Position numbers and translations under genes: made by a program. The notes under the pieces are model-generated. The model did not search any database. It had not been told where the DNA came from and saw only the letters and a program-made list of their open reading frames with translations. 64,000 nt of DNA from Syntrophobacterales bacterium (GTDB lineage Bacteria > Desulfobacterota > Syntrophia > Syntrophales > UBA2192): assembly GCA_018053845.1 (NCBI GenBank), contig JAGPKU010000003.1, forward strand, positions 1,091-65,090, read 5' to 3'. How positions within the stretch are numbered: position 1 is the stretch's first letter; the number at the start of each line of letters is the position of its first letter. Below, piece by piece: positions 35,531-44,829 of the stretch.

Positions 35531-36244
35531 ATGACCCTTCCAGCGGGATACGGAGTGGAAACGATGAAAACGAATGGACGGGGTGGCATCCGTTCGACTG
35601 TGGTGTTGTCTCTTGCCCTGCACGCGTGCGCGGCGCTAGCCCTTATGAGCGGGGGCGATTCCCTTCGCCCGGATGCGGCCCCGCTGCTGGTCGACATCGT
35701 TTCGGGCCCCGGTCCGTCGGGCATCCGGGCCGCCCCGTCTGAAGCGATAAGCCAGAACCGCACGAATCCGGAGCGGACAAGGATCGCCCGTGCTTCCACT
35801 GTATCGGAGACGGCTTTGCAGCCTGCAGAGCCGGCTGTTCAGGAGGTTGCTCTCTCCCGCGCGGCAGAAGGGGATGGCCGCCGTGCGACAACGGGTTCGT
35901 CAAAAGAGGCGACAGGCGGGACAGGGACTGAGGGTTTCGTGCATGCCGGCGGACAAGGAGGCGATACGGCCATTCCCCGGTATGCGGACAATGCGCCTCC
36001 CGTCTATCCCTCCCAAGCCCGCAGAAACGGTATGGAGGGCGCCGTGATCCTCTCGGTGGAAGTGCTGCCCGACGGCGCTGTGGGGGATCTCCGGGTGAAG
36101 AGAACATCGGGGCATCCCATCCTGGACAACGCGGCCATCGAGGCCGTGAAAACCTGGCGGTTCCTCCCGGCAATCCGACTGGGGAAGCCGGTCACTAGCC
36201 GCGTTGAAATTCCCGTGCGCTTTTCCCTTCGGAGACTCTCCTGA
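35531..36244 (+). CDS. tonB: energy transducer TonB
   Basis: N-terminal TM segment, a Pro/Ala-rich spacer, and a C-terminal TonB domain (..PVYPSQARRNGMEGAVILSVEV..G.V..L.V..SSGH..LD.AA..AV..W.F.P..). The start may instead be the internal M at 35564. Confidence 0.75.
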   Translation: MTLPAGYGVETMKTNGRGGIRSTVVLSLALHACAALALMSGGDSLRPDAAPLLVDIVSGPGPSGIRAAPSEAISQNRTNPERTRIARASTVSETALQPAEPAVQEVALSRAAEGDGRRATTGSSKEATGGTGTEGFVHAGGQGGDTAIPRYADNAPPVYPSQARRNGMEGAVILSVEVLPDGAVGDLRVKRTSGHPILDNAAIEAVKTWRFLPAIRLGKPVTSRVEIPVRFSLRRLS

Positions 36245-36352
36245 CGGAGCCCGATCGCAAGGGGACGGGCGATGAAAGAAGCGCTTGCGGAATATAAAAA
36301 AAAGGACAGAAGAGCCGCCCCCGTTGTTTCGTCTCCAAGAGCCCTTCCTGCC

Positions 36353-36721
36353 TCAGGAGCCGTAGGTCGTCCTGAAGCTTGACTTCATGTAGTCGACGAT
36401 GGCCCGGGCCTCCTCGGGGCTGACGAGCTGGGCGGGCATGCGGCCCTGGCCCTTGAGGATGACGTTGACGATTTTTTTATCGTCTGTCTTTTTCCAGTAG
36501 TCGGGGTTCGTGAAGTCCGCGATCTTCCCGCCGAAGGAGGGTGCCGCGATTCCTTTCCCGTCCCCTTTCTCGCCGTGGCAGACGGCGCAGTAATTCCGGT
36601 ACAGCTTCTCCCCTGCCGGCGGGGCCTGCTGGCCGACGGACTGGACTGTCAGAATGAACAAACCGAGCAGCGTCGCAGCCGGGAAAACGACAATCCTGAC
36701 GACACTCCTGTTTGTTTTCAT
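36353..36721 (-). CDS. secreted mono-haem c-type cytochrome
   Basis: Signal peptide, a single CAVCHG haem site and a distal ..GRMPA.. Met. Confidence 0.8.
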   Translation of the reverse strand: MKTNRSVVRIVVFPAATLLGLFILTVQSVGQQAPPAGEKLYRNYCAVCHGEKGDGKGIAAPSFGGKIADFTNPDYWKKTDDKKIVNVILKGQGRMPAQLVSPEEARAIVDYMKSSFRTTYGS

Positions 36722-36740
36722 TGCGACCCTCCCGGGTGTC

Positions 36741-37067
36741 TCACTTCCTGAAAGACGACTTCATGAACTCCACAACGGCCTTCGTCTCCTCGGGGGACAG
36801 CGGTACGGCGGGCATGCGGCCCTTGCCCTCCACGATGTTCTTCGAGATGGCCGCGTCGTCGCTGGCCTTCCAGAAATCGGGCCCGAAGGGGGCTGTCTGC
36901 ATGATGACGCCCTTGCCGTCGCCGTCGGCGCCGTGGCACAGGGCGCAGCGGTTGTTGTAGATCTGCTTGCCGTCCTGCCCAATGGCGGGGGCGGCGAGTA
37001 CGACCAGGAGAAGGATCCCTGAAATCGCCGCGACGGCGGAAGTTCCGAGCGTTTTTCTTGTCGACAT
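36741..37067 (-). CDS. secreted mono-haem c-type cytochrome (paralog of 36353..36721)
   Basis: Start MSTRKTLG lies inside ORF 36741..37826. It has a CALCHG site and shares ..GKGRMPA..SPEE.KA.V.FMKSSFR with its neighbour. Confidence 0.8.
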   Translation of the reverse strand: MSTRKTLGTSAVAAISGILLLVVLAAPAIGQDGKQIYNNRCALCHGADGDGKGVIMQTAPFGPDFWKASDDAAISKNIVEGKGRMPAVPLSPEETKAVVEFMKSSFRK

Positions 37068-37199
37068 GATACCCTCCCTGATAAATGGATTTGCATCGCC
37101 CGCTCGACGGCGAGCCTCATCCATTCTAATGAAGGACGGTCCCGCCGTCAATAACCCTTCCGGCTTGACCATGCAGGCGAACTCGGGTAGAAGTGACTG

Positions 37200-37946
37200 A
37201 TGCTTGAAGCGGGCGAAATCGCAGGGCGCCTTCACCGGCATCTTGCGGAAAATAGCCGGCGTATTGACGTCGTGGACGTCCGGATCGGCGCAAGCTACGT
37301 CGCCGTCGTCCTGGCCGGGGGCCTGATGGGCCTTGCCGCAAGGCTCAAGGAAGCCGTCGGGGCGGAGATCGAGCCCCGGCATGCCGCCGGGCTTTATGTC
37401 GGGAGGGCTGCAGTCACGCTCCTGGATTTTCTCGTCCGGGGGGCGGGCGCCGTCGAGCGCGCCCTGGGGCTTGCCGCGGCCAACGCTCTCATCCACCCCG
37501 CCCTGCCGGAGAGGGAAACGGATGCGATCGACCTGATGGCCCTGCGGCCCGGCGAGCGGGTCGCCATGGTCGGCCTCTTCCGGCCCATCGTCCCGCGGAT
37601 CGAGGCCGCCGGGGTGCGGCTCACGGTCATCGAGCGCGACACGCCGGAGGGCGAAAGACGAAGCGCGCTCGGCAGCTGCGACGTGGCCATCGTCACGGCC
37701 ACGACGATCCTGAACGGGACCCTCGAGGGGATCCTCGGCGAGCTGGGCCGTCGGCGCCACGTGGCCCTCATCGGGCCTTCGACGCCGCTGTGCGGGGAGG
37801 TCTTCCGGGACACCCCGGTGACGCACCTCGGCGGCTCGGCCGTTGCGGACCCGGCGGGTGTGCTCGAGGTGATCGCCCGGGGCGGCGGGACGCCGGAGAT
37901 GAGGCCCCGGCTGCGATTCGTGAACATCCGGGTGAACCGGCCATGA
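37200..37946 (+). CDS. DUF4213/DUF364-like protein (putative metal-chelation Rossmann-like fold)
   Basis: 248 aa with ..VDVRIGASYVAVVL.. and ..VAMVGLFRPIVPRI.. blocks, as I recall them for this family. The stop overlaps the mobB start. Confidence 0.55.
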   Translation: MLEAGEIAGRLHRHLAENSRRIDVVDVRIGASYVAVVLAGGLMGLAARLKEAVGAEIEPRHAAGLYVGRAAVTLLDFLVRGAGAVERALGLAAANALIHPALPERETDAIDLMALRPGERVAMVGLFRPIVPRIEAAGVRLTVIERDTPEGERRSALGSCDVAIVTATTILNGTLEGILGELGRRRHVALIGPSTPLCGEVFRDTPVTHLGGSAVADPAGVLEVIARGGGTPEMRPRLRFVNIRVNRP

Positions 37947-38443
37947 AGAAGATCCCCATCGTGTCCATCGTGGGCACCTCGGGCAGCGGCAAGACGACCC
38001 TCGTCGAGAAGATGATCCCCGAGCTCAAGCGACGGGGCTGGCGGGTGGCCACGATCAAGCACAACCGCCACGGCTTCGAGGTGGACCGCGAGGGCAAGGA
38101 CAGCTGGCGCCACCGCCGGGCGGGGGCGGCCGTGACCGTCCTGGCCTCACCGGGGAAAGCGGCCGTCCTGACGGATCTCGAGGGGGATCCGGGCCTCGAG
38201 GAACTGGGGCAGAGGTTCATCCGCGGCGTCGACGTGATCCTGGCGGAGGGCTTCAAGAAGAACCCGCACCCGAAGATCGAGGTCTGGCGAAGGTCCCTGG
38301 GCCGGGAGTTTATCTCGAGGGATGACGCGGCCCTGATGGCCGTGGCCGGCGACGACCCCGGGGGGCTGACGGCGCCCCGCTTCGACCTCGACGATGTCAC
38401 GGGGCTTGTCGATCTGATCGAGAACAGGGTGCTCCGGCCGTGA
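37943..38443 (+). CDS. mobB: molybdopterin-guanine dinucleotide biosynthesis adapter MobB
   Basis: Start MKKIPIVSIVGTSGSGKTTL (P-loop), followed by ..IKHNRHGFEVDREGKDSWRH... Confidence 0.85.
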   Translation: MKKIPIVSIVGTSGSGKTTLVEKMIPELKRRGWRVATIKHNRHGFEVDREGKDSWRHRRAGAAVTVLASPGKAAVLTDLEGDPGLEELGQRFIRGVDVILAEGFKKNPHPKIEVWRRSLGREFISRDDAALMAVAGDDPGGLTAPRFDLDDVTGLVDLIENRVLRP

Positions 38444-38817
38444 CGGACTATATCCTCCACAACCTCTTCTCGACCGAGGCCGGCGTCTTCTGGCTGGTCC
38501 TGAAATGGGTCCTCGTCGTCCTGGCCGCCGGGTTCATCGGCCAGTTCGGCAAGGCGCTCGCCTCGCACCTGATCCGGAAGGCGCAGGAGCGCAAGAGGCG
38601 GGAGGAGGCCGGGACGGCGGAGCATCGGGAGCCGCCCGCGGCCGGTCCCGTCCCGGCGGCCCCTGAAGCCCCGGCAGACGGCCCCGTGACGTCCGGTTCC
38701 GCGGACGTCGCGGACGCCGGGCGGAAGGCCCGGGAAAAGGCGCAGAAGAAGGCCCTCAAGGAGCAGCAGAAGGCCGACAAGAAGGCACGGAAGGGCATCG
38801 AGAAACTGTTGAAATAG
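38440..38817 (+). CDS. hypothetical small membrane protein with Lys/Ala-rich tail
   Basis: The GTG start overlaps the mobB stop. It has one TM region and then a charged low-complexity tail (..KAREKAQKKALKEQQKADKKARK..). Confidence 0.5.
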   Translation: MTDYILHNLFSTEAGVFWLVLKWVLVVLAAGFIGQFGKALASHLIRKAQERKRREEAGTAEHREPPAAGPVPAAPEAPADGPVTSGSADVADAGRKAREKAQKKALKEQQKADKKARKGIEKLLK

Positions 38818-38834
38818 AAAGGGCGCGGAGCACC

Positions 38835-39809
38835 ATGAGCGGGAAAACGCTTTCGGACGGCGCTTATGACGTCCTCATCATCGGCGGGGGGCCGGGGGGC
38901 CTCACGGCCGGCCTCTACGCGGCCAGGGCGAGCTTCAGGACGCTCCTGGTCGAGTCCGCCTCGCAGGTCAGCCAGATCACGGTGACCGACGTCGTCGAGA
39001 ATTACCCCGGCTGTCCCGACATCAGCGGCTACGAGCTCGTGGAGAGGTTCAAGGCGCAGGCGAAGGCGTTCGGGCTCGAGACGGCCTATGGTGTCGTTTC
39101 CGGCCTGGAGAAGACGCAGATCGCCGGCATGCCGGGCTGGCGGGTCAAGACCGACGCGGGGGATTTCGAGGCCCTCGCCGTCATCGTGGCCACCGGGGCC
39201 GACTGGCGGAAGATCGGCGTCCCCGGCGAGGCGGAGCTCACGGGGCGCGGCGTCTCCTACTGCGCCACCTGCGACGGTCCCTTCTTCCGGGACCGGGAGG
39301 TCGTCGTGATCGGCGGCGGCGACACGGCCGTCCAGGAGGCCCTGTTCCTGACGAACTTCGCGAGCAAGGTGACCATCGTCCATCGCCGCGACCGGTTCCG
39401 GGCCACGCCGGTCCTGCGCGAGCGGGCGGCCTCGAACCCGAAGATCGCCTTTGCCTGGAATTCCGTCGTGACGGCCATCGGCGGCACGGAGGCGGTCACG
39501 CACGTCTCCATCGCCGGCGTCAAGGACCCGTCGGCATCCCGGGACATCCCCGCCGCGGGCGTCTTCGTCTTCATCGGCCTCGTCCCGAACACGGGGTTCC
39601 TGCAGGGCGTCGTGGCGCTCAACCGCGAAGGGTACGTCACGGCGGACCGGGACATGAAGACCTCCGCGCCCGGGATCTTCGCCTGCGGCGACTGCACCGA
39701 GAAGCTCCTGCGCCAGGTCGTGACGGCCTGCGGCGACGGCGCCACGGCGGCCTTCTCGGCCCAGCTCTACGTCGAGGAGCTGAAGGGCGAAGGGTACGCG
39801 GGGCGCTGA
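38835..39809 (+). CDS. trxB: thioredoxin-disulfide reductase
   Basis: FAD motif GGGPGG, redox-active CATCDG and NADPH motif GGGDTA. Confidence 0.9.
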   Translation: MSGKTLSDGAYDVLIIGGGPGGLTAGLYAARASFRTLLVESASQVSQITVTDVVENYPGCPDISGYELVERFKAQAKAFGLETAYGVVSGLEKTQIAGMPGWRVKTDAGDFEALAVIVATGADWRKIGVPGEAELTGRGVSYCATCDGPFFRDREVVVIGGGDTAVQEALFLTNFASKVTIVHRRDRFRATPVLRERAASNPKIAFAWNSVVTAIGGTEAVTHVSIAGVKDPSASRDIPAAGVFVFIGLVPNTGFLQGVVALNREGYVTADRDMKTSAPGIFACGDCTEKLLRQVVTACGDGATAAFSAQLYVEELKGEGYAGR

Positions 39810-39828
39810 GCGCCCTACGGCTGCGCCT

Positions 39829-39911
39829 GAAGTGAGGAGGAGCGGAAGAGCAGAAGAGCGGAAAAAGAAAAATGAAATTTTCCATGCCGCTCTTCCGAGG
39901 TTCCTACCTTC
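39829..39911. repeat. 8-nt-periodic inverted array: (GAAGAGCR-like)5, a loop, then (NNNNCTTC)3
   Basis: Left arm GAAGTGAG GAGGAGCG GAAGAGCA GAAGAGCG GAAAAAGA (39829-39868). Right arm CGCTCTTC CGAGGTTC CTACCTTC (39888-39911). It is the reverse-complement relative of 44022-44121. Confidence 0.9.
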
Positions 39912-39962
39912 ATGAACGATGGGCGAAGATGAAGGAAGAGAATATCATGAGAGGTGTAGTCG

Positions 39963-40832
39963 TTGGATAACTTTGTCGCGTTCTGGCAGCACCTGCCCTC
40001 GAAGATCGACCCGAGCCTCTTCTCGATCGGTTCCTTCCAGGTCCGCTGGTACAGCCTCATGTATATCGTGGCCTTCGCCCTGACGTACCTGCTGATCGTA
40101 TACCGGCTGCGCACGGAGAAGTTCCCCTACAAGGCGGAAACAATCCAGGATTTCATGGTGTGGGGCATCTTCGGGCTCATCCTGGGCGGGCGTCTCGGGT
40201 ACGTGCTCTTCTATAACCTGTCGTACTTTGTCCGGCACCCCCTCGAGATCTTTCTGCCCTTCACCTTCGCAAACGGCATCCGCTTCGTCGGCATCAGCGG
40301 CATGTCCTTCCACGGCGGGCTCATCGGGATCGTCGCGGCCTCGGCCCTGTTCTGCTACACCCGGCGGGTCCGCTTCTGGGATCTCGCCGACCTGCTGGTC
40401 CCCTGCGCGCCCCTCGGGTACACCTTCGGCCGCATCGGCAATTTCATCAACGGCGAGCTCTGGGGCCGGGCGACGACCGCCCCGTGGGGAATGGTCTTCC
40501 CGCTGGATCCCGCGCAGAAGCTGCGCCACCCCTCCCAGCTCTACGAGGCCTTCTTCGAGGGCATCTTCCTCTTCGCCGTCCTCTGGGGGATCCGCAGGAA
40601 ACGGCCCTTCGAGGGGGCGTTCTTGGCCTATTACCTGATCGGCTACGGCGCCGTCCGGTTCTTCATCGAGTACGTCCGAGAGCCCGACGCGCACCTCGGC
40701 CTGTACTTCGGGCTTGTCACCATGGGCCAGATCCTCTGCCTGGCCATGATCCTCGCAGGGACGGGGCTTTACCTCTACCTGCAACCCCGGGCCGCCGCCG
40801 GTCGGCGGGCCCATCCCCGGAGGAGCCCGTGA
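39963..40832 (+). CDS. lgt: prolipoprotein diacylglyceryl transferase
   Basis: TTG start as listed. Lgt-like blocks ..VRWYSLMYIVAF.., ..SFHGGLIG.. and ..GRIGNFINGELWG.. are present. Confidence 0.88.
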   Translation: MDNFVAFWQHLPSKIDPSLFSIGSFQVRWYSLMYIVAFALTYLLIVYRLRTEKFPYKAETIQDFMVWGIFGLILGGRLGYVLFYNLSYFVRHPLEIFLPFTFANGIRFVGISGMSFHGGLIGIVAASALFCYTRRVRFWDLADLLVPCAPLGYTFGRIGNFINGELWGRATTAPWGMVFPLDPAQKLRHPSQLYEAFFEGIFLFAVLWGIRRKRPFEGAFLAYYLIGYGAVRFFIEYVREPDAHLGLYFGLVTMGQILCLAMILAGTGLYLYLQPRAAAGRRAHPRRSP

Positions 40833-41149
40833 GCGACTGCATCCAGGTGACGACCACGGCCCCGTCGAGGGAGGAGGCGGGCAGGATCGCGAAGCTCCTC
40901 GTGGAGCGCAGGCTGGCGGCCTGCGTCCAGGTCGCGGGCCCCGTGGAGAGCCACTACCGGTGGAAGGGGAACCTGGAGCGGTCGACGGAGTGGCTCTGCC
41001 TCATCAAGACGACCCGAATGAACTACCCGGCCGTCGAGGCGGCCATCCGGGCCAGCCACCCCTACGAGGTGCCCGAGATCGTCGCCTGCCCCATCGAGTC
41101 GGCAAGCGCGTCCTACCTGGCCTGGCTCCGCGCCGAGACGGACGGGTGA
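40829..41149 (+). CDS. cutA: divalent-cation tolerance protein CutA
   Basis: The GTG start overlaps the lgt stop. It has ..AACVQV.GPVES.YRWKG.. and ..HPYEVPEI.. blocks. Confidence 0.8.
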   Translation: MSDCIQVTTTAPSREEAGRIAKLLVERRLAACVQVAGPVESHYRWKGNLERSTEWLCLIKTTRMNYPAVEAAIRASHPYEVPEIVACPIESASASYLAWLRAETDG

Positions 41150-41252
41150 AGAATTTTTCTTGCAATTCCCCCCCGTTCCCCTTTAAGAAATCTCTCTGCG
41201 GCAAACACAACACCCCGGGCGTCATCGCCTGTCATGGAAAGGGCGCATCATC

Positions 41253-41867
<615 letters not shown>

Positions 41868-41873
41868 GCGACA

Positions 41874-41923
41874 CGCCGCCCCCGGGCCCAACGGCCCCGG
41901 GGGCGGCGCCCACGCCCCGTTTT
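41874..41923 (+). terminator. GC-rich hairpin after sod
   Basis: CGCCGCCCCCGGGCC (41874-41888) pairs with GGCCCCGGGGGCGGCG (41893-41908) with one bulge. A weak T4 lies at 41920-41923. Confidence 0.5.
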
Positions 41924-41973
41924 CCCCCTGCCCGACGCACATCAACCCTCACGAGCACGCCGGAACGAAGCCG

Positions 41974-42933
41974 ATGCGCCTCAAAATCGAGACATTCGGA
42001 AGGACTCGCGGCACGAGCCGGTTGGCTCCCTGGGTCCAGGCGGTCCGCGTCCACTTCGTGCCGCCCAGCTTCCTGCCCGTGACCCTTGCCGCCGCCGTTG
42101 CCTGGGCGCGCTGGCAGGTCTTCGATCCCCTCGCCTTCCTTCTCGTTTTCATCGGCGTCACGGTTCACCACTTCGGGCTCAACATGCTCGACGATCTTCT
42201 CGATTACCTCCACGCCGTCGACCGTGCCTGGGGCGACGAGAAGAACCCCTACACGGGCGGAAGCGGGGTGCTCACCGAGGGCCTTCTCACCGTGCAGGAT
42301 CTCAAGCGGGGCGCGGCCGTCTGCTACGGCATCACGATCGCCATCTGGATCTGGCTTGCGTCGATGAAAGGTTGGCCGGTGCTTGCGATCGGCGCCGTCG
42401 GGATCCTGTCGTCGATCTTCTACACCGTGCCCCCCGTCAAGTTCGCCTACCGGGGCTTCGGCGAGCTGGGGCTGCTGGTCAACTTCGGGCCCGTGCTCGT
42501 GATGGGGTCCTACTACGTCCAGCGCCAGACCTTCGATGTCGAGCCGCTGGTCGTCTCCCTCGTCCCGGGGTTTCTCATGTGGTCCATGATCGTCATCAAC
42601 GAGATCCCCGACTACGAGGAGGACCGGCAAAGCGGCAAGATGAACCTCGTGGCCCGCTTCGGCCGCAGGGCAGGCGTCTTCCTGTATCAGGCCGGCCTGC
42701 TCTGCGCCTTCGGGGTTCTCGCGGGCTCGGTGCTTCTCGGCGCGGCCTCGCCTTGGGCCCTGCTGGGGCTGCTGGCCCTTCCGACGGCGTTTCAGTCGGT
42801 GCGAATCCTCAGGGAGAACTATGAAGACCGGCTGAAGATGATCCCCGCCAACATCGCCGTCATCAAGGTGTACCTGATCACGGGGGTGGCGATGATCGCG
42901 GGGTACCTCGTTCACGGGTTTTGGGGCCGCTGA
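41974..42933 (+). CDS. UbiA-family aromatic prenyltransferase (MenA-like)
   Basis: 319 aa and polytopic, with Asp-rich motifs ..NMLDDLLDY.. and ..EIPDYEEDR... Confidence 0.75.
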   Translation: MRLKIETFGRTRGTSRLAPWVQAVRVHFVPPSFLPVTLAAAVAWARWQVFDPLAFLLVFIGVTVHHFGLNMLDDLLDYLHAVDRAWGDEKNPYTGGSGVLTEGLLTVQDLKRGAAVCYGITIAIWIWLASMKGWPVLAIGAVGILSSIFYTVPPVKFAYRGFGELGLLVNFGPVLVMGSYYVQRQTFDVEPLVVSLVPGFLMWSMIVINEIPDYEEDRQSGKMNLVARFGRRAGVFLYQAGLLCAFGVLAGSVLLGAASPWALLGLLALPTAFQSVRILRENYEDRLKMIPANIAVIKVYLITGVAMIAGYLVHGFWGR

Positions 42934-42960
42934 CCGCGGATGCATTCCGCGATCCCGCCG

Positions 42961-43056
42961 AAGGTGAGAAGGTGAGAGGATGAGAAGGTTGGATTTACAG
43001 GCAGCCAAACGCTCGCGCTTCGTTTCTCCAACCTTCTTCCCTTCACACCCTCTCCC
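42961..43056. repeat. 8-nt-periodic inverted array: (AAGGTGAG)x4-like, a 32-nt loop, then (CTTCNNNC)4
   Basis: Left arm AAGGTGAG AAGGTGAG AGGATGAG AAGGTTGG (42961-42992). Right arm TCTCCAAC CTTCTTCC CTTCACAC CCTCTCCC (43025-43056). Confidence 0.9.
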
Positions 43057-43090
43057 CCTCTGCATTGTAGGTGGGGCATAGTCTCACAGC

Positions 43091-44029
43091 ATGAAGACGG
43101 TCCGTGCCAAATATGACCCCGAGGTCCTCGTCGTCGGCTCCGTCACGATCGACCGGATCATCGAGAACCGGTCCATCACGGAGCGGCTGGGGGGTGTCGT
43201 CACCTACGGAGGGCTGACCTTTCAGCGGCTGGGCGTCGCGACGTCCGTCGTGACGAACGTGGCGGACCCTCACCGGCCCCTTCTCGATATCCTTTCCGAC
43301 GAGGGTCTTGCCGTCCACGCGGGGAAAAGCCCCGGGACCACGCGGTTCGTCAACGAGTCCCGGGGGGACTTCCGCGAGCAGCTCATGCCGGAGACGGCGG
43401 GCCCCATCTCGGCAGACCAGGTTCGGCCGCTTCTCGAACAGGTCCGCCACGTCCACGCGGGCCCCCTTCATTCCGATGACATCGATGCGCGGGCCGTGGC
43501 GCTCATGGGGGAGTCGAAGAAACTCGTGAGTCTCGACGTGCAGGGGTATCTGCGCATCAACGAAAACGGCCGGGTCGTCCCGGGTGTGTCGGCGGGGCTC
43601 GAAGGGGCTCTCGGCGCCGCCCACATCATCAAGGCCGACGAGGGGGAACTGGCCCTCATGCTCGATCACTTTCTCGAGAGCCTCCCGGGTTTCCTGCGGC
43701 GGTTCCGGATCGACGAGGCCGTGATCACCCGCGGCTCGCGCGGCGCGAGCGTGTGGACCCGCACCGGGGACGGGGTCCACTTCGGCGCCGAGGCGGTCCG
43801 GCGTCCCGTGAGCACCGTGGGGGCGGGGGATGTCTTCTTTGCCGCCTACCTCGCGGCCCATCTCTACCGGGGGCTCGACATCGACCTTGCCGCCGGGTTT
43901 GCGGCAGGGGTTGCGGCACGGCAGGTCGCCGGAAAGCACATTGCCCCGGCGTTGCTGGACTTGCCGACCGAACAACCGGGTGTGGGCGGGAGAAAAAGGT
44001 CGGCTGCCCCTTCGAGCAAGCGAAGGTAG
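43091..44029 (+). CDS. PfkB-family sugar/nucleoside kinase
   Basis: ..VLVVGSVTIDRI.. N-terminal motif and ..GAGDVFFAAYL.. ATP-site motif. The stop TAG (44027-44029) lies inside the next array. Confidence 0.8.
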   Translation: MKTVRAKYDPEVLVVGSVTIDRIIENRSITERLGGVVTYGGLTFQRLGVATSVVTNVADPHRPLLDILSDEGLAVHAGKSPGTTRFVNESRGDFREQLMPETAGPISADQVRPLLEQVRHVHAGPLHSDDIDARAVALMGESKKLVSLDVQGYLRINENGRVVPGVSAGLEGALGAAHIIKADEGELALMLDHFLESLPGFLRRFRIDEAVITRGSRGASVWTRTGDGVHFGAEAVRRPVSTVGAGDVFFAAYLAAHLYRGLDIDLAAGFAAGVAARQVAGKHIAPALLDLPTEQPGVGGRKRSAAPSSKRR

Positions 44030-44121
44030 GAAGCGAGGAAGAGCGGAAGATCGGCGTAAAAGAGGTACTTGATGATCATTGTTCTTGTCCGTTCTTCTCA
44101 ACTTCTGCTCTTCCGCTCTTC
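44022..44121. repeat. 8-nt-periodic inverted array: (GAAGNNNG)4, a loop, then (NNNNCTTC)4
   Basis: Left arm GAAGGTAG GAAGCGAG GAAGAGCG GAAGATCG (44022-44053). Right arm CGTTCTTC TCAACTTC TGCTCTTC CGCTCTTC (44090-44121). Confidence 0.9.
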
Positions 44122-44194
44122 ATGCACTGAAGTCGCCGGGCTGGCGAAAAGATAAAGAGTTCTGTTAACGGAATTGAAGAAAGGAGGGTACAAG

Positions 44195-44677
44195 ATGAAG
44201 GTGCTCATTCTCTATTTTTCCCGGACGGGCAACACGAAGAAGCTGGCCGAGGAGATCGCCAAGGGCGTTGCGGAGGTCGAGGGCGTGCAGGCCGTGATCC
44301 GATCCACGGCGGACGTCACGAAAGAGGATTTCGTCGCCGCCGACGGGATCATCGCGGGCTCTCCCGTCTACTTCGGGTCCATGGCGGCGCCCCTCAAGGA
44401 TGTCCTTGACAAGTACGTGGGGGTGCGGAAGAAGATGGAGAACAAGGTGGGCGCCGCCTTCGCCACGAGCGCCGACCCGTCGGGCGGCAAGGAGACGACG
44501 ATGATCTCCATCCTCCAGGCCCTGCTGATCTACGGGATGATCGTCGTCGGCGACCCCCTCGACGCGACGGGCCACTACGGGGTGTCCTGCCTCGGGGCCC
44601 CCGACGCGGCGGCGTCGGAGAACGGGCGCAAGCTCGGGAAGAGGGTGGCCTCCTTAGTGAAGAAGGTAAGAGGGTAA
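44195..44677 (+). CDS. flavodoxin-like fold protein (WrbA/NAD(P)H:quinone oxidoreductase-like)
   Basis: Start MKVLILYFSRTGNTKKLAE, followed by ..GSPVYFGSMAAPLK... The stop TAA (44675-44677) lies inside the next array. Confidence 0.8.
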   Translation: MKVLILYFSRTGNTKKLAEEIAKGVAEVEGVQAVIRSTADVTKEDFVAADGIIAGSPVYFGSMAAPLKDVLDKYVGVRKKMENKVGAAFATSADPSGGKETTMISILQALLIYGMIVVGDPLDATGHYGVSCLGAPDAAASENGRKLGKRVASLVKKVRG

Positions 44678-44764
44678 GAAGGCAAGAAGGTTGGACAACC
44701 CGGGAGTCATGGCATGCTGCGGCGTCTCCAACCTTCTCAACCTCCAACCTTCTCACCTTCAGTG
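44657..44764. repeat. 8-nt-periodic inverted array: (GGTAAGAR)4-like, a loop, then (CTTCTCAN/CCTCCAAC)5
   Basis: Left arm GTGAAGAA GGTAAGAG GGTAAGAA GGCAAGAA GGTTGGAC (44657-44696). Right arm TCTCCAAC CTTCTCAA CCTCCAAC CTTCTCAC CTTCAGTG (44725-44764). Confidence 0.9.
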
Positions 44765-44829
44765 TCCATACGCCGGCGGCAGAGTTTACCGGGGGAAGTA
44801 AAATCACATCTGCAGGCGAGAGGGAAGAG

